Below the pieces are notes generated by a model, which saw only the letters and a list, made by a program, of their open reading frames with translations, searched no databases and was not told the origin of the DNA. Below, piece after piece: positions 28,462 to 39,566 of a stretch of 64,000 bases of DNA (position 1 is the stretch's first letter; each line of letters starts with the position of its first letter). The stretch is from Bacteroidales bacterium (lineage in GTDB: Bacteria > Bacteroidota > Bacteroidia > Bacteroidales > VadinHA17): contig JANYJP010000118.1 of NCBI GenBank assembly GCA_025358455.1, positions 13,906-77,905 on the forward strand, in the 5' to 3' direction. The position numbers and the translations under genes are program-made.

Positions 28462-29013
28462 ATGAATGCACTTGTTGAGAAATTATGGCCGGAACTGGAG
28501 TGGATCAAAGACAAACCTCTCCGCGAAAAGACCGCTAAAACCTGGGAGACAGCTCTTGAACGAAGCGTACTTAAAGCCGACGATCTGGATAAGATACCTT
28601 TTACATTACTCTGCGGTCCCGATCTAAAAGTGAGTTTTATGGCTCATAAGAGGTGCGTGGTTCATATTGCAAGGGAAAGCGGGGAGAAGATGAATGAATT
28701 CTTCAGAGACGAATTACCGGTAAATATGGATATCCTTATTTCAGGTGCTATTCTCGCAGATGTCGGTAAACTACTTGAATATGAGCTGGATAAAAATGGC
28801 AAAGCTGTTCAGGGTAAATATGGTCAATACCTTCGTCATCCTTTTTCCGGAGTTTCACTTGCAGAGGAATGCGGAATTCCTCCTGAAGTGTGTCATATTA
28901 TTGCGGCCCATGCTCATGAAGGGGATCTTGTCAAAAGAACCACCGAAGCATATATTGTACACCACGCTGACTTTATGACTTTTCTACCATTCAAGAGCAG
29001 GTTGATAGTCTAA
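28462..29013 (+). CDS. HD-domain-like protein (the HD doublet position reads AD)
   Basis: 183 aa. HKRCVVHIA ... SGAILADVGKL ... IIAAHAHEGD resembles the H...HD...D spacing of HD phosphohydrolases, but with Ala where the His of the HD doublet is expected. Lies 15 nt after the dehydrogenase gene. Confidence 0.5.
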   Translation: MNALVEKLWPELEWIKDKPLREKTAKTWETALERSVLKADDLDKIPFTLLCGPDLKVSFMAHKRCVVHIARESGEKMNEFFRDELPVNMDILISGAILADVGKLLEYELDKNGKAVQGKYGQYLRHPFSGVSLAEECGIPPEVCHIIAAHAHEGDLVKRTTEAYIVHHADFMTFLPFKSRLIV

Positions 29014-29022
29014 TTACTTATG

Positions 29023-31080
29023 CTATTTCGGTTTGGTTACATTCAATGAAGGCAAGGAATCTTTCTTTTCAATAATATATGTGATCACGCGACTCTTTGC
29101 ATCATCCCATTTTGTAAAGGCTTTGATGGTTGTAGTGGCAGATAGTTTGATAGGTTCGGTATATTCTCTCGATTTCTCATCTGGTTCGCTTCCATCAGAG
29201 GTAAAGTAAATTTTTCCTCCGGGTCGTGAAAAAATCAATTCAGCAATATATGTATCAATGAACATCTTGTTAGGAGAACTCAGCATCGGAGGTATAATGT
29301 TTTTATTAGCTCTGAAAACATTTGATACACCCATTTTATTTATTTTTCTGTCATAGGTCATAAGTCCGTTCGTCTCTGTTTCAACATCTGTGGTTTGTGT
29401 ATATATTGTAGCACTTAATCCGTTGTTCTTCACGAACCTGTAAACCTGATCATAATATGATTCATACCTGGATAATAATTGGAGTGTATCTTCCATGTTT
29501 CTGTATCCCCAGTTTTTTTGTTCCCACGTATGCCCTTGAATGGGAAGGCCGAGGCCTCCGAATTCGCCCAGGACTATTGCTCTCTTTTCCTCAGCTGGCT
29601 GTACAACCGGATCGGGATAATGATGAATATCATTTACATTTCCTGTTCCTCTGTCGGTCCATCCCGATGAACTGTTTACCAATCTGGTAGGATCGTATTC
29701 TGCAATAAGCTCAGTAATCCTGCCAGTCGCGAACTGACCCCAGCCTTCGTTAAACGGAACCCACATTATTATAGACGGATGATTATACTTTGTTTCGATC
29801 ATTCTTTTTAGCTCAGACTCGTATTGTTGAGTGGCTTCATTTGATTTTTCAATGTCGGGTTGATCTCCGTCAATTGACTTATCTCCGCTTGGCATATCCT
29901 GCCATACCAGAATACCGAGTTTGTCGCACCAGTAATAAAAGATTCTGTTCTCAACTTTGACATGTTTTCGCAACATGTTAAATCCCATTTTTTTAGTCAT
30001 CCTGAGGTCGTATACCATTGCTTCCTCAGTAGGAGGGGTATAAATTCCATCAGGCCAGAATCCCTGATCGAGCGGGCCATTCTGATATACAAATTTGTTA
30101 TTCAAAAGTATTCTGGTAAAGCCATCATCAGCTTTTCCGATTGTTATCTTTCTGATTCCTGTATATGAAGTCACTTTATCAACCGTTTTATTTCCATCTT
30201 TCAATTCGATTTTAATATCATACAGGAAAGGATTATCCGGTGACCATAGTATAGGATTTTCAATTTTGACTGTAACTTCCTGATTTTCATTTCCGCTTGC
30301 TGTGGCAATTGTCCTGCCATCTTTTTTTATTGTGAAGGAAATGTTACTCTTTTCACCATTTTTTACATCTGTTTTAAATGTGATGGTCCCGTTATCGGCG
30401 TCTGTTACTGTCCTGAATGAACTGATATATGATTCGTTAACAGGCTCTATCCAAACAGTTTGCCAGATTCCCGTGGTGGGAGTATACCAGATACTGCCTG
30501 GAGAAGATACCTGTTTACCGCGAGGTTGGGGACCTTTGTCGGTAGGGTCCCAAACACAAACCAGAAGCTCATGAAGCTTTTTATCACTAAGAGATCCTGT
30601 TATGTCAAATGTAAACGGATCATATCCGCCACGATGTTTCCCGATCTCTTTTCCATCGACCCAGATAACGGTTTCCCAGTCGCAGGCTTCGAAATTTAAA
30701 AGAATGTGTTTTTTACTCCAGACATTGGGTATTTTAAAAGTTCTTTTGTACCAGAGATTCTGATTTTCCGATACTCTTTTTCTTACGCCTGAAAGGGCTG
30801 ACTCAACAGGATATGGTACAAGAATATTGCCATCCCATTTATCAGGTTTTATGCCTTTTTGGGTGATTGCATAGTCCCACAGACCATTAAGACTCTGCCA
30901 GTTGTTTCTTACCATATCGGGACGAGGATATTTTAGCCATGGCTTTAAGGGATCAACATCTGCTGCCCATTGTGTAAGTATAGGATTTTCAGCAATTTTC
31001 CAGTTAATTTCTTTATTACGCGTACAACATACACTTAATATAAAAATTGAGAGAACTGATAATATTCTTAGTCTTTTCAT
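29023..31080 (-). CDS. Glycoside hydrolase family 2 protein (secreted/lipoprotein)
   Basis: Signal peptide with Cys. GH2 sugar-binding, Ig-like and TIM-barrel regions (WYKRTF..., NMLRKHVKVE, WVPFNEGWGQ). Confidence 0.85.
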   Translation of the reverse strand: MKRLRILSVLSIFILSVCCTRNKEINWKIAENPILTQWAADVDPLKPWLKYPRPDMVRNNWQSLNGLWDYAITQKGIKPDKWDGNILVPYPVESALSGVRKRVSENQNLWYKRTFKIPNVWSKKHILLNFEACDWETVIWVDGKEIGKHRGGYDPFTFDITGSLSDKKLHELLVCVWDPTDKGPQPRGKQVSSPGSIWYTPTTGIWQTVWIEPVNESYISSFRTVTDADNGTITFKTDVKNGEKSNISFTIKKDGRTIATASGNENQEVTVKIENPILWSPDNPFLYDIKIELKDGNKTVDKVTSYTGIRKITIGKADDGFTRILLNNKFVYQNGPLDQGFWPDGIYTPPTEEAMVYDLRMTKKMGFNMLRKHVKVENRIFYYWCDKLGILVWQDMPSGDKSIDGDQPDIEKSNEATQQYESELKRMIETKYNHPSIIMWVPFNEGWGQFATGRITELIAEYDPTRLVNSSSGWTDRGTGNVNDIHHYPDPVVQPAEEKRAIVLGEFGGLGLPIQGHTWEQKNWGYRNMEDTLQLLSRYESYYDQVYRFVKNNGLSATIYTQTTDVETETNGLMTYDRKINKMGVSNVFRANKNIIPPMLSSPNKMFIDTYIAELIFSRPGGKIYFTSDGSEPDEKSREYTEPIKLSATTTIKAFTKWDDAKSRVITYIIEKKDSLPSLNVTKPK

Positions 31081-31115
31081 AAGTGGTAGTTTATAATCAA
31101 TTTTATTTATTTCAT

Positions 31116-33029
31116 TTACCCAAGTTTCATCTTCTCAATTTCTTCAATGTTCCTTTCGTTAGTAACAGCTTTTGCATCAGGAGTATACAAGTAGTCTATA
31201 AGCTCCTGGTATTTATCCATTATTTTTCCTCTGACAATTTTCATGGTTGAATTCATCAGTCCATTATCTTCAGTGAAGCTCTCTTCCAGTATCCCGATTG
31301 CAACCGGAAGCCATCGCTGTGGGAACATATTACCAAACTTTCCGTTAGCCCTGTACTCATTTACCTCACTTTCGATAAGTGTTATGGCAGCCCGTATTCC
31401 CACGTCCGAGTCAGCAGTAAGGTTTTTCTCTTCGAGGAATAACTTAAGGGCATGCTGGTTGGGTATAATAATTGCGACTGTATACGGTTTCTGATTATTG
31501 TAGAGCATACACTGATCAATATATTTCGATTGTTCAGAAATAGCTTCTTCGATTCCCTCAGGGCTGAATTTTTCTCCGTCATCGGCAATCAGCAGGCTTT
31601 TAAAACGACCAAGAACATAAAGGAATCCATCTTCACTCATATAACCCATATCACCTGTATATAACCATCCATCTTTTATGGATTCTTTAGTAGCGGCATC
31701 ATTTTTCCAATAGCCATACATGATGTTACCACCTTTGATAACAATTTCGCCTTTTTGACCAACCGGCAATTCTTTCCCATCGTCATCGCAAATTTTAAGA
31801 TCCATATTATTTACTATCACACCTGATGATCCAAGTTTATGTCTGCTTGTAGAATTGGAAGATATAACAGGCGAGGCCTCACTTAATCCATATCCCTGGT
31901 ACATCGGAATGCCAATAGCATAAAAGAATTTCTGCAGTTCTATGTCCAGAAGCGCGCCTCCTCCAACGAAAAAGTCCAGTTCGCCTCCATAGCCTTCACG
32001 AATTTTACTAAATAGGATTTTATCATAAAGATCAAGAAGCGGCCTTTTAAGTCTCTGTAATCCCAACCCTTTATTCCAGCCCTCTTTATTGTAGGAATAC
32101 GAAATTTTCAGCGCATGATTAAAGAGCATCTCAATTGCCGGACCTTTTTCTTTGATACCCTTCTCGATATTCTTTCTGAAATTCTTTGCAATAGCCGGAA
32201 CGCTCATAATAAGATTTGGTTTGATCTCCTTCAGGCACGACGGAAGGTTTCTGAGAGTCTCCATTGGCGTTTTACCGGTCTTTACCGAGGCAATACTTGC
32301 TCCTTTTCCCATAAAAGCAAATATTCCGCATGTATGACCAAAGGAATGATCCCATGGGAGAATAAGAAGCGTTTTATAGAATGAAGGAATATCCATAAGG
32401 CTATAAGACTGGTACACATTGGTAACATAGTTTCCATGAGTGAGAATGATTCCTTTGGGATCGGCCGTAGTCCCCGATGTATAGCATATATTGGCATAAT
32501 CAGAAGGGGTGAGGCTTTTGTACAACTCCTCGAATTTCATCAAATTTTCAGGCAGTTCGAGCCACTCTCTTCCAATTTTTCTTACTTCATTGAAGTGTAT
32601 TTCATTGCTCGCGTATTCTTCCTGTGTATCCAGATGTATTATTTTCTCTATTGTCGGACATATCTTTAGTATTTCTTTCAATTTCTGAGCCTGAATTGAG
32701 GAAACCAGGATCATCCTGGATTCGGAATGATTTATCCTGAATTTTATTTCATCAGGATTTAATTTAACTGATAGAGGAACATTCATGGCCCCTGCATATA
32801 AAATCCCCATTTCTCCGATAACCCAGGTGTTACGACCTTCAGAAATAAGACTTAGTCTATCACCTCTCCTGATACCTAATTTTATAAGTCCGGCAGCAAA
32901 TTCATAAACCTGTTTTCTTGTTTCGCCGTATGTAGTTCCTTCATATTTATCGTTGGGTTTCTCCCACAAATAAACATTATTACTATGTTTTTCTACACTT
33001 TCTTCGAAGAACTGTATCAACGATTTCAT
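31116..33029 (-). CDS. Long-chain-fatty-acid--CoA ligase (AMP-forming)
   Basis: AMP-binding signature YTSGTTADPKG, plus GYGLSE and YTGDMG motifs. 637 aa. Confidence 0.85.
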   Translation of the reverse strand: MKSLIQFFEESVEKHSNNVYLWEKPNDKYEGTTYGETRKQVYEFAAGLIKLGIRRGDRLSLISEGRNTWVIGEMGILYAGAMNVPLSVKLNPDEIKFRINHSESRMILVSSIQAQKLKEILKICPTIEKIIHLDTQEEYASNEIHFNEVRKIGREWLELPENLMKFEELYKSLTPSDYANICYTSGTTADPKGIILTHGNYVTNVYQSYSLMDIPSFYKTLLILPWDHSFGHTCGIFAFMGKGASIASVKTGKTPMETLRNLPSCLKEIKPNLIMSVPAIAKNFRKNIEKGIKEKGPAIEMLFNHALKISYSYNKEGWNKGLGLQRLKRPLLDLYDKILFSKIREGYGGELDFFVGGGALLDIELQKFFYAIGIPMYQGYGLSEASPVISSNSTSRHKLGSSGVIVNNMDLKICDDDGKELPVGQKGEIVIKGGNIMYGYWKNDAATKESIKDGWLYTGDMGYMSEDGFLYVLGRFKSLLIADDGEKFSPEGIEEAISEQSKYIDQCMLYNNQKPYTVAIIIPNQHALKLFLEEKNLTADSDVGIRAAITLIESEVNEYRANGKFGNMFPQRWLPVAIGILEESFTEDNGLMNSTMKIVRGKIMDKYQELIDYLYTPDAKAVTNERNIEEIEKMKLG

Positions 33030-33141
33030 AACTAAGTTTTAATTATTATAAACAAAATTCATAAGCCGAATATACAAAATCCGGAGTAATTTGATCTCTG
33101 GCATATTCAATTATATCATTTGGTTTGGGTTCAATAATTTG

Positions 33142-33149
33142 TATCTTTG
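33142..33149 (+). promoter_or_regulatory. -7 box TATCTTTG upstream of the SPOR gene
   Basis: Exact TAnnTTTG 60 nt upstream of ATG 33210. TTTG at 33124-33127. Confidence 0.35.
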
Positions 33150-33209
33150 ATTATTGTCCCTTTAAAAATAGTAAAGTAAAAATTATTATAAATTTTAAAA
33201 TATTATCTT

Positions 33210-33668
33210 ATGAGACATTTTTCATCAATCCTTCTTGTATTATTTCTTGCTGTTCTTCCATCCTGCAAATATTTTAATGGTAAAAAATCAAAGACTTTGG
33301 CTGAGATGCTGGTAAGGCAGGACAGTATCCATGTTGCAGATTCAATAAAAAATGTACTGAACCAGTTAATGGCTCTTGAAGCTGCAAAACTTGATTCTGC
33401 AAGGAAAGCTGATGAAGAAAGGCTGGCAATGGAGGGCAAATACAAATATAATATCATTGTTGGCAGCTTTATTACACCTGAATATGCCATTGTTTTTTCA
33501 GAATTATATAAGAAACAGGGTTATGATGCCCGGATACTTAAAATCCAGGGTAGTAAATTTCAGCTTGTCGCGGCTGAAGGTCATGACAGTTTCAAAAAAG
33601 CTGTAGTACGTCTGGCATCGTTCCAGGATACTGTTTCGATTGACTCATGGATGTACATTAAGAAATAG
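33210..33668 (+). CDS. SPOR-domain lipoprotein
   Basis: Lipobox LAVLPSC. C-terminal YNIIVGSF...A......L...GYDARIL......FQLVAAEGHDSF..A pattern of SPOR domains. Confidence 0.7.
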   Translation: MRHFSSILLVLFLAVLPSCKYFNGKKSKTLAEMLVRQDSIHVADSIKNVLNQLMALEAAKLDSARKADEERLAMEGKYKYNIIVGSFITPEYAIVFSELYKKQGYDARILKIQGSKFQLVAAEGHDSFKKAVVRLASFQDTVSIDSWMYIKK

Positions 33669-33696
33669 GAAATAATCTTCCCGTTTCATGATGTAG

Positions 33697-34971
<1,275 letters not shown>

Positions 34972-35092
34972 TTAATAATAAAATTAAAATTGCCTTGTAA
35001 GGTACGAATTTATTCTACTTGTTGAACAGTAAATATCAGATTGTTGATAAATGACTAACGTGCTAAACTAAAGGCAGATAGCAGAGTCCGGA

Positions 35093-35104
35093 TAGCTATC
35101 GGGA
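35093..35104. repeat. REP-like motif copy B (TAGCTATCGGGA)
   Basis: Exact 12-mer inside the perfect 10-bp palindrome GATAGCTATC. Intergenic between fur (3') and purA (5'). Confidence 0.8.
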
Positions 35105-35119
35105 TTAAGCAAAGTTCGC

Positions 35120-35141
35120 AAAAAAAAAAGCATAATGACGC
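35120..35141 (-). terminator. Possible weak terminator of fur
   Basis: Minus strand reads GCGTCATTATGC (a short 4-bp stem) followed by T10. The stem is weak. Confidence 0.3.
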
Positions 35142-35155
35142 CACTTTAATTTTTT

Positions 35156-35605
35156 CTATTCTTTGTCTTCCCCGTTATAATGACCGTATATATATAAGGA
35201 ATGATACTGAGGTGTGAAGCCATGAAGATCACTTGCGGTATTTATAATCTCATGGATCCGGGGGTCACAGAATTCAATTACTTTACCTGTTTCAACATCA
35301 ATAAGGTGATCGTGTTGGGCGCATTGATATGCTCTTTCAAACTGAGCTATGTTCTTCCCAAACTGATGTTTTATAACCAGATTACAATCAAGTAAGATTT
35401 CTATTGTATTATAAAGTGTTGCGCGGCTTACCCTGTAGTTCTTATTCTTCATGAATATATAAAGCGATTCAATATCGAAATGACCCGAACGGGAATAAAT
35501 CTCATCTAATATAGCATACCTTTCAGGCGTCTTCCTGTGTCCTTTTTTCTCAAGATACTCGGTGAATATCTTCTTTACGGTTAACCTTGTATCGTCACTA
35601 ATCAT
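35156..35605 (-). CDS. fur: Fur-family transcriptional regulator
   Basis: 149 aa. Winged-helix N-domain ([13 protein letters not shown]...SRATLYNTI) and HDH / CxxC-like metal-site region. Confidence 0.85.
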   Translation of the reverse strand: MISDDTRLTVKKIFTEYLEKKGHRKTPERYAILDEIYSRSGHFDIESLYIFMKNKNYRVSRATLYNTIEILLDCNLVIKHQFGKNIAQFERAYQCAQHDHLIDVETGKVIEFCDPRIHEIINTASDLHGFTPQYHSLYIYGHYNGEDKE

Positions 35606-35629
35606 ATCTGGTCTAATTTAAAACAATAA

Positions 35630-35637
35630 CAAAAGTA
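35630..35637 (-). promoter_or_regulatory. -7 box (TACTTTTG on minus strand) for fur
   Basis: Plus strand reads CAAAAGTA, 25 nt upstream of the fur ATG. Confidence 0.4.
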
Positions 35638-35679
35638 TGTATTTTTTGGGGATATAGGAGACAGAAGTTGAATCAAATA

Positions 35680-37944
35680 TTATTTGGAGAAATCTTCAAC
35701 CCGTTTTACATTTTCAATTCCATTTATATTCGAAATCTTTAAAATAAGGTTGTTGAGGTCCTTTGTATGGTGAACGTATAAATCAATTGTTCCTTCAAAA
35801 ATGCCGTTTTTAACTGATATATTGATATTGGTCATATTGACTTTAAGTTCTGCAGATATAATATTAGTAATATCATTTACCAGTCCGATTCTGTCGATAC
35901 CTATCATACTTATTCTTGCCAGGAATGAGACCAGTTTATGTATTGCCCATTTGACTGCTATGATCCTGTTGCCCTCATTTGACATGATCCGTATTGCTAC
36001 AGGACATTTAGGTTTATGAATAACTATTGCTCCTTCAGGAGAATGATACCCGATGACTTCATCACCCGGGATAGGGCTACAGCATTTAGCTATTTCGTAT
36101 GACTGTTCGGCATTTTCAACATTTTCTGTAAGGAGAAATGGAACGCTTTTATCGATCTTCTCCTGCGAAACAGCATTATCCTTTTTCTCTTTTTTTGAAC
36201 CTATAAGTTTAAGTTCCCAGTATTTGATTACATTTTTTGCCGGACTCTTTTTTACCAGTTTTTTCAGGTTCTCAAGATGAATTCTTCCTGAACCTATTCC
36301 TGAAAATAATTCATCTTTATTTTCAACTTCATATGCCAGCAACAGGTTCCTGAGAATTTCAGTATTTAATGTAAGTCCGATATCTTTGAGTTTGGAATCA
36401 AGAAGTTCCATACCTATCTGTACACTGTCTTTTGACTCAATTTTTAAAGCATTTTTGATTGCTTCCTTTGCTTTCGATGTTCTGACAAATGAGAGCCATT
36501 CTTTTTCGGGTTTGGCTATCTCGGAAGTGATTATTTCCACCTGGTCGCCACTCATTAGAATTGAGTTTATCGGGTTGAGCTTGTGGTTGATCTTTGCACC
36601 GATAGCGCTGTTCCCAATATGGGTATGTATCTCGTAAGCAAAATCAAGGGCTGAAGCACCTTTTGGCAGGCTTACAAGAAATCCTTTTGGAGTGAATACC
36701 ATGATTTCAGAGGAGAACAGATTCATTTTGAACTCATCAAGAAATTCAATCGGATCCTCTCTTGGATTCTCAAGCATTATCCGGATCTTTTTTATCCATT
36801 TGTCCAGTTCGCTTTCCTGGATGTCATCTCCCTTATATTTCCAGTGTGCCGCATAGCCTCTTTCTGCAATCTCGTCCATGCGTTTGCTTCTTATCTGAAC
36901 CTCAACCCATTGACCCTCAGGCCCCATTACGGTGACATGTAATGCCTCATACCCATTTGGTTTTGGTCTGCTTACCCAATCACGCAGTCTGTCAGGTTTT
37001 GGAAGATAAGAATCAGTGATTACAGAATAAATATTCCAGCATTGTGTTTTTTCAGGAATGCCCGGCACCGGCTCAAATACTATCCTGACAGCAAGAACAT
37101 CATAAATCTCCTCAAACGGAACATTTTTAGCCTGCATCTTTTTCCAGATTGAGAAAATTGATTTCGGTCTTCCGCTAATATCAAATTGCAATCCTGCTTC
37201 AGTCAGTTTTTCGATTATAGGCAATGAGAATTTGTTTATCAGGGATATATTCTTTCTTTCAGTATGTTTTAACTTGGCAGATATCTCTTCATAGATCTGA
37301 GGCTGACGGAATTTAAAGCTAAGATCCTCCAATTCACTTTTAATGGCATACAAGCCAAGTCTGTGAGCAAGTGGTGCATAAAGAAAAATAGTTTCTCCTG
37401 CCACTTTCATCTTCTTATGCTCGGGCATTGAGTCGAGAGTTCTCATATTATGCAGCCGGTCCGCAATTTTAATGAGAATTACCCTCAGATCATCCGACAG
37501 GGTAAGCAGCATCTTCCTGAAATTCTCAGCCTGAAGTGAAGATGAGTTTTCCTTGTTGTACGTACCCGATATTTTTGTCAGTCCATCAATCAGAGATGCT
37601 ATTTTTGGCCCGAATTCCCTTTCTACATCCTCAAGGGAATATTCAGTATCTTCAACAACATCGTGAAGCAGGGCAACAGCGATTGACTTGGCCCCAAGGC
37701 CAATCTCCTGGTTAACTATTTTGGCAACTGAAATCGGATGAATAATATATGGCTCGCCTGATTTTCTCCGCATGTTCCAGTGAGCTTCATTGGCAATTTT
37801 AAATGCCTCATCAATTAGCTCCCTGTCCCCGGGTTTATTGCATTTAATAAGATGATTTACAAGGCTGTCATATTCAACCTGAATACGTTCCTTATCTTCT
37901 TCATCAAAAATATCCTTGTTCCCCATAAACAATATGTGCGGCAC
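35680..37944 (-). CDS. Bifunctional (p)ppGpp synthetase/hydrolase RelA/SpoT homologue
   Basis: HD hydrolase (HPISVA...LLHDVVEDT), synthetase (YEALHVTV), TGS and ACT regions. The track start is GTG at 37944. ATG at 37926 (MGNKDIF) is the more likely start. Confidence 0.9.
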   Translation of the reverse strand: MPHILFMGNKDIFDEEDKERIQVEYDSLVNHLIKCNKPGDRELIDEAFKIANEAHWNMRRKSGEPYIIHPISVAKIVNQEIGLGAKSIAVALLHDVVEDTEYSLEDVEREFGPKIASLIDGLTKISGTYNKENSSSLQAENFRKMLLTLSDDLRVILIKIADRLHNMRTLDSMPEHKKMKVAGETIFLYAPLAHRLGLYAIKSELEDLSFKFRQPQIYEEISAKLKHTERKNISLINKFSLPIIEKLTEAGLQFDISGRPKSIFSIWKKMQAKNVPFEEIYDVLAVRIVFEPVPGIPEKTQCWNIYSVITDSYLPKPDRLRDWVSRPKPNGYEALHVTVMGPEGQWVEVQIRSKRMDEIAERGYAAHWKYKGDDIQESELDKWIKKIRIMLENPREDPIEFLDEFKMNLFSSEIMVFTPKGFLVSLPKGASALDFAYEIHTHIGNSAIGAKINHKLNPINSILMSGDQVEIITSEIAKPEKEWLSFVRTSKAKEAIKNALKIESKDSVQIGMELLDSKLKDIGLTLNTEILRNLLLAYEVENKDELFSGIGSGRIHLENLKKLVKKSPAKNVIKYWELKLIGSKKEKKDNAVSQEKIDKSVPFLLTENVENAEQSYEIAKCCSPIPGDEVIGYHSPEGAIVIHKPKCPVAIRIMSNEGNRIIAVKWAIHKLVSFLARISMIGIDRIGLVNDITNIISAELKVNMTNINISVKNGIFEGTIDLYVHHTKDLNNLILKISNINGIENVKRVEDFSK

Positions 37945-37959
37945 CTTTCTTTGCCACTA

Positions 37960-37967
37960 CAAATATA
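37960..37967 (-). promoter_or_regulatory. -7 box (TATATTTG on minus strand) for relA/spoT
   Basis: Plus strand reads CAAATATA, 16 nt beyond the GTG and 34 nt beyond the ATG. Confidence 0.4.
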
Positions 37968-38059
37968 ATTAATTTTTGCCTGTTTTCAACCCCGTCCAAT
38001 CCCCTCTCACAAAAGGGAAGGTGTGAAGCATAAGTAAAAAGCCGGGTAAAAATTGGGTA

Positions 38060-39565
38060 TTATTTATTGTGGATTATTGTTACAGTTCCTGTCCTGGAAA
38101 TACTCTTACCTGACGGTGTGTTTATTTTAAGAAACCATAAGCAGACTTCCTGTGGTTGAGGATTACCATTCTGAGAACCATCCCATGATTCAAGGTATTC
38201 TCTTGTTTCAAAAAGAACTGTACCTTTTCTGTCAATAACTACCAGGTGGTAATCGACAGGTGTAAAGGAGAGTACAGGGCGGAAATAATCATTCACCATG
38301 TCATTATTCGGAGTGAAAACGTTTGGAACAGTGATCAACTCTGTCGGCAGGCTGCAAGTTCGGGAAGAGAGACTTTTACCAATTATCCCATGAGGATTAG
38401 CTGTTTCAGTTGCCTCTACATAAAAACAGACTTCATTTCCGGAAACTTCATACATAATTTCTTTATAACCTAAACTGAATATTGTATCAGCAGACTGAAG
38501 ATTTGCTTTTTCTTCAAATCCTTTGCCAGTGTTTATAAACACCTTGTATGACGATACCTCCCCCAACCACTTTTTATAGGAATTCCATGATAGCACTAAA
38601 TCATTGCCCGAGGTTCGCAACGTCAGTACCAGGTTTGAAGAAATGTTTGAGATAGTGACGGGTATTTTACAGCTGTTTACAGCTGAAAGTCTGTAATAAT
38701 TTATTGTATTTGTATCTGCTTTATTATCAGTAAACCTTACAGCTCCATTGTCAGAAACCGGATTGTCGATAATCTGGTAAGCTCCCTGTGGTCCGATTTT
38801 CCTTTCAAGCATAAACGAACTGATCTCAGATAAAGGATCTATTGTAAAGGAAAGGGCTATCTTTTTTCCGGCATCAACAGAAGCATAGTCTGCATTTATC
38901 CATGCAGGCGCTCGTTGCATTTTTGTTGACAGGCAACTTTTGTTTGAGTTTGACTCAGTTCCATCGTCAAAGACTGCACGTACTACCAGACAATATTGTG
39001 AATCTGTTGTAAACTCTGAAATAGTAAAATTATCAGTGCTGTTGTCTGAAGTGTACATTTCTGAAAGGGGGCCCCCGTTTATCGAAACAAGGATCTTATA
39101 CTCCTTTACGTGTTTGGGATAATCACTATACTTGTTCCATCGTACTTTTAATTTCTTATTGCAGGTGTCAAGCTCAGAACTGCAGAATATAGTGGTGAGA
39201 ACGTTAGACAAGGGACTTGTGCAGCCTGGCAATCCGGGCACGGCTGACAACCTGTGAGCCGTAACAACGTATGATACGCTGAAGTATTTGGTTGCTGTAG
39301 ATGTCAATGTAAAAGTGGTTACCGATTTATCCCATATGGTATCTATTGGAAGCCCGTCTCCATTTTTGAAAGTATATATTATGTAAGCTGCAATATCGGA
39401 TGAAGGACTCGGTGACCAGACAAGATCAGTTTTGCCTGTTTCAGGCTGAACAGATACAGCTGTGAGAACCGGAGGCAGTGGAACAGTGCAATCTGACTGG
39501 GAATAAGCTTTACAGGTCCAAATACTCAGGAAGGCGAAGATTATATAATAATACGTTTTAGTCAT
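38060..39565 (-). CDS. Secreted FN3-like repeat protein with T9SS type-B (gliding-motility-associated) C-terminal sorting domain
   Basis: Signal peptide. The C-terminal ~90 aa read VPNVFTPNNDMVNDYFRP...VVIDRKGTVLFE...WDGSQNG...GTVTIIHNK, the consensus shape of the type-B CTD. Confidence 0.8.
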   Translation of the reverse strand: MTKTYYYIIFAFLSIWTCKAYSQSDCTVPLPPVLTAVSVQPETGKTDLVWSPSPSSDIAAYIIYTFKNGDGLPIDTIWDKSVTTFTLTSTATKYFSVSYVVTAHRLSAVPGLPGCTSPLSNVLTTIFCSSELDTCNKKLKVRWNKYSDYPKHVKEYKILVSINGGPLSEMYTSDNSTDNFTISEFTTDSQYCLVVRAVFDDGTESNSNKSCLSTKMQRAPAWINADYASVDAGKKIALSFTIDPLSEISSFMLERKIGPQGAYQIIDNPVSDNGAVRFTDNKADTNTINYYRLSAVNSCKIPVTISNISSNLVLTLRTSGNDLVLSWNSYKKWLGEVSSYKVFINTGKGFEEKANLQSADTIFSLGYKEIMYEVSGNEVCFYVEATETANPHGIIGKSLSSRTCSLPTELITVPNVFTPNNDMVNDYFRPVLSFTPVDYHLVVIDRKGTVLFETREYLESWDGSQNGNPQPQEVCLWFLKINTPSGKSISRTGTVTIIHNK

Positions 39566-39566
39566 A

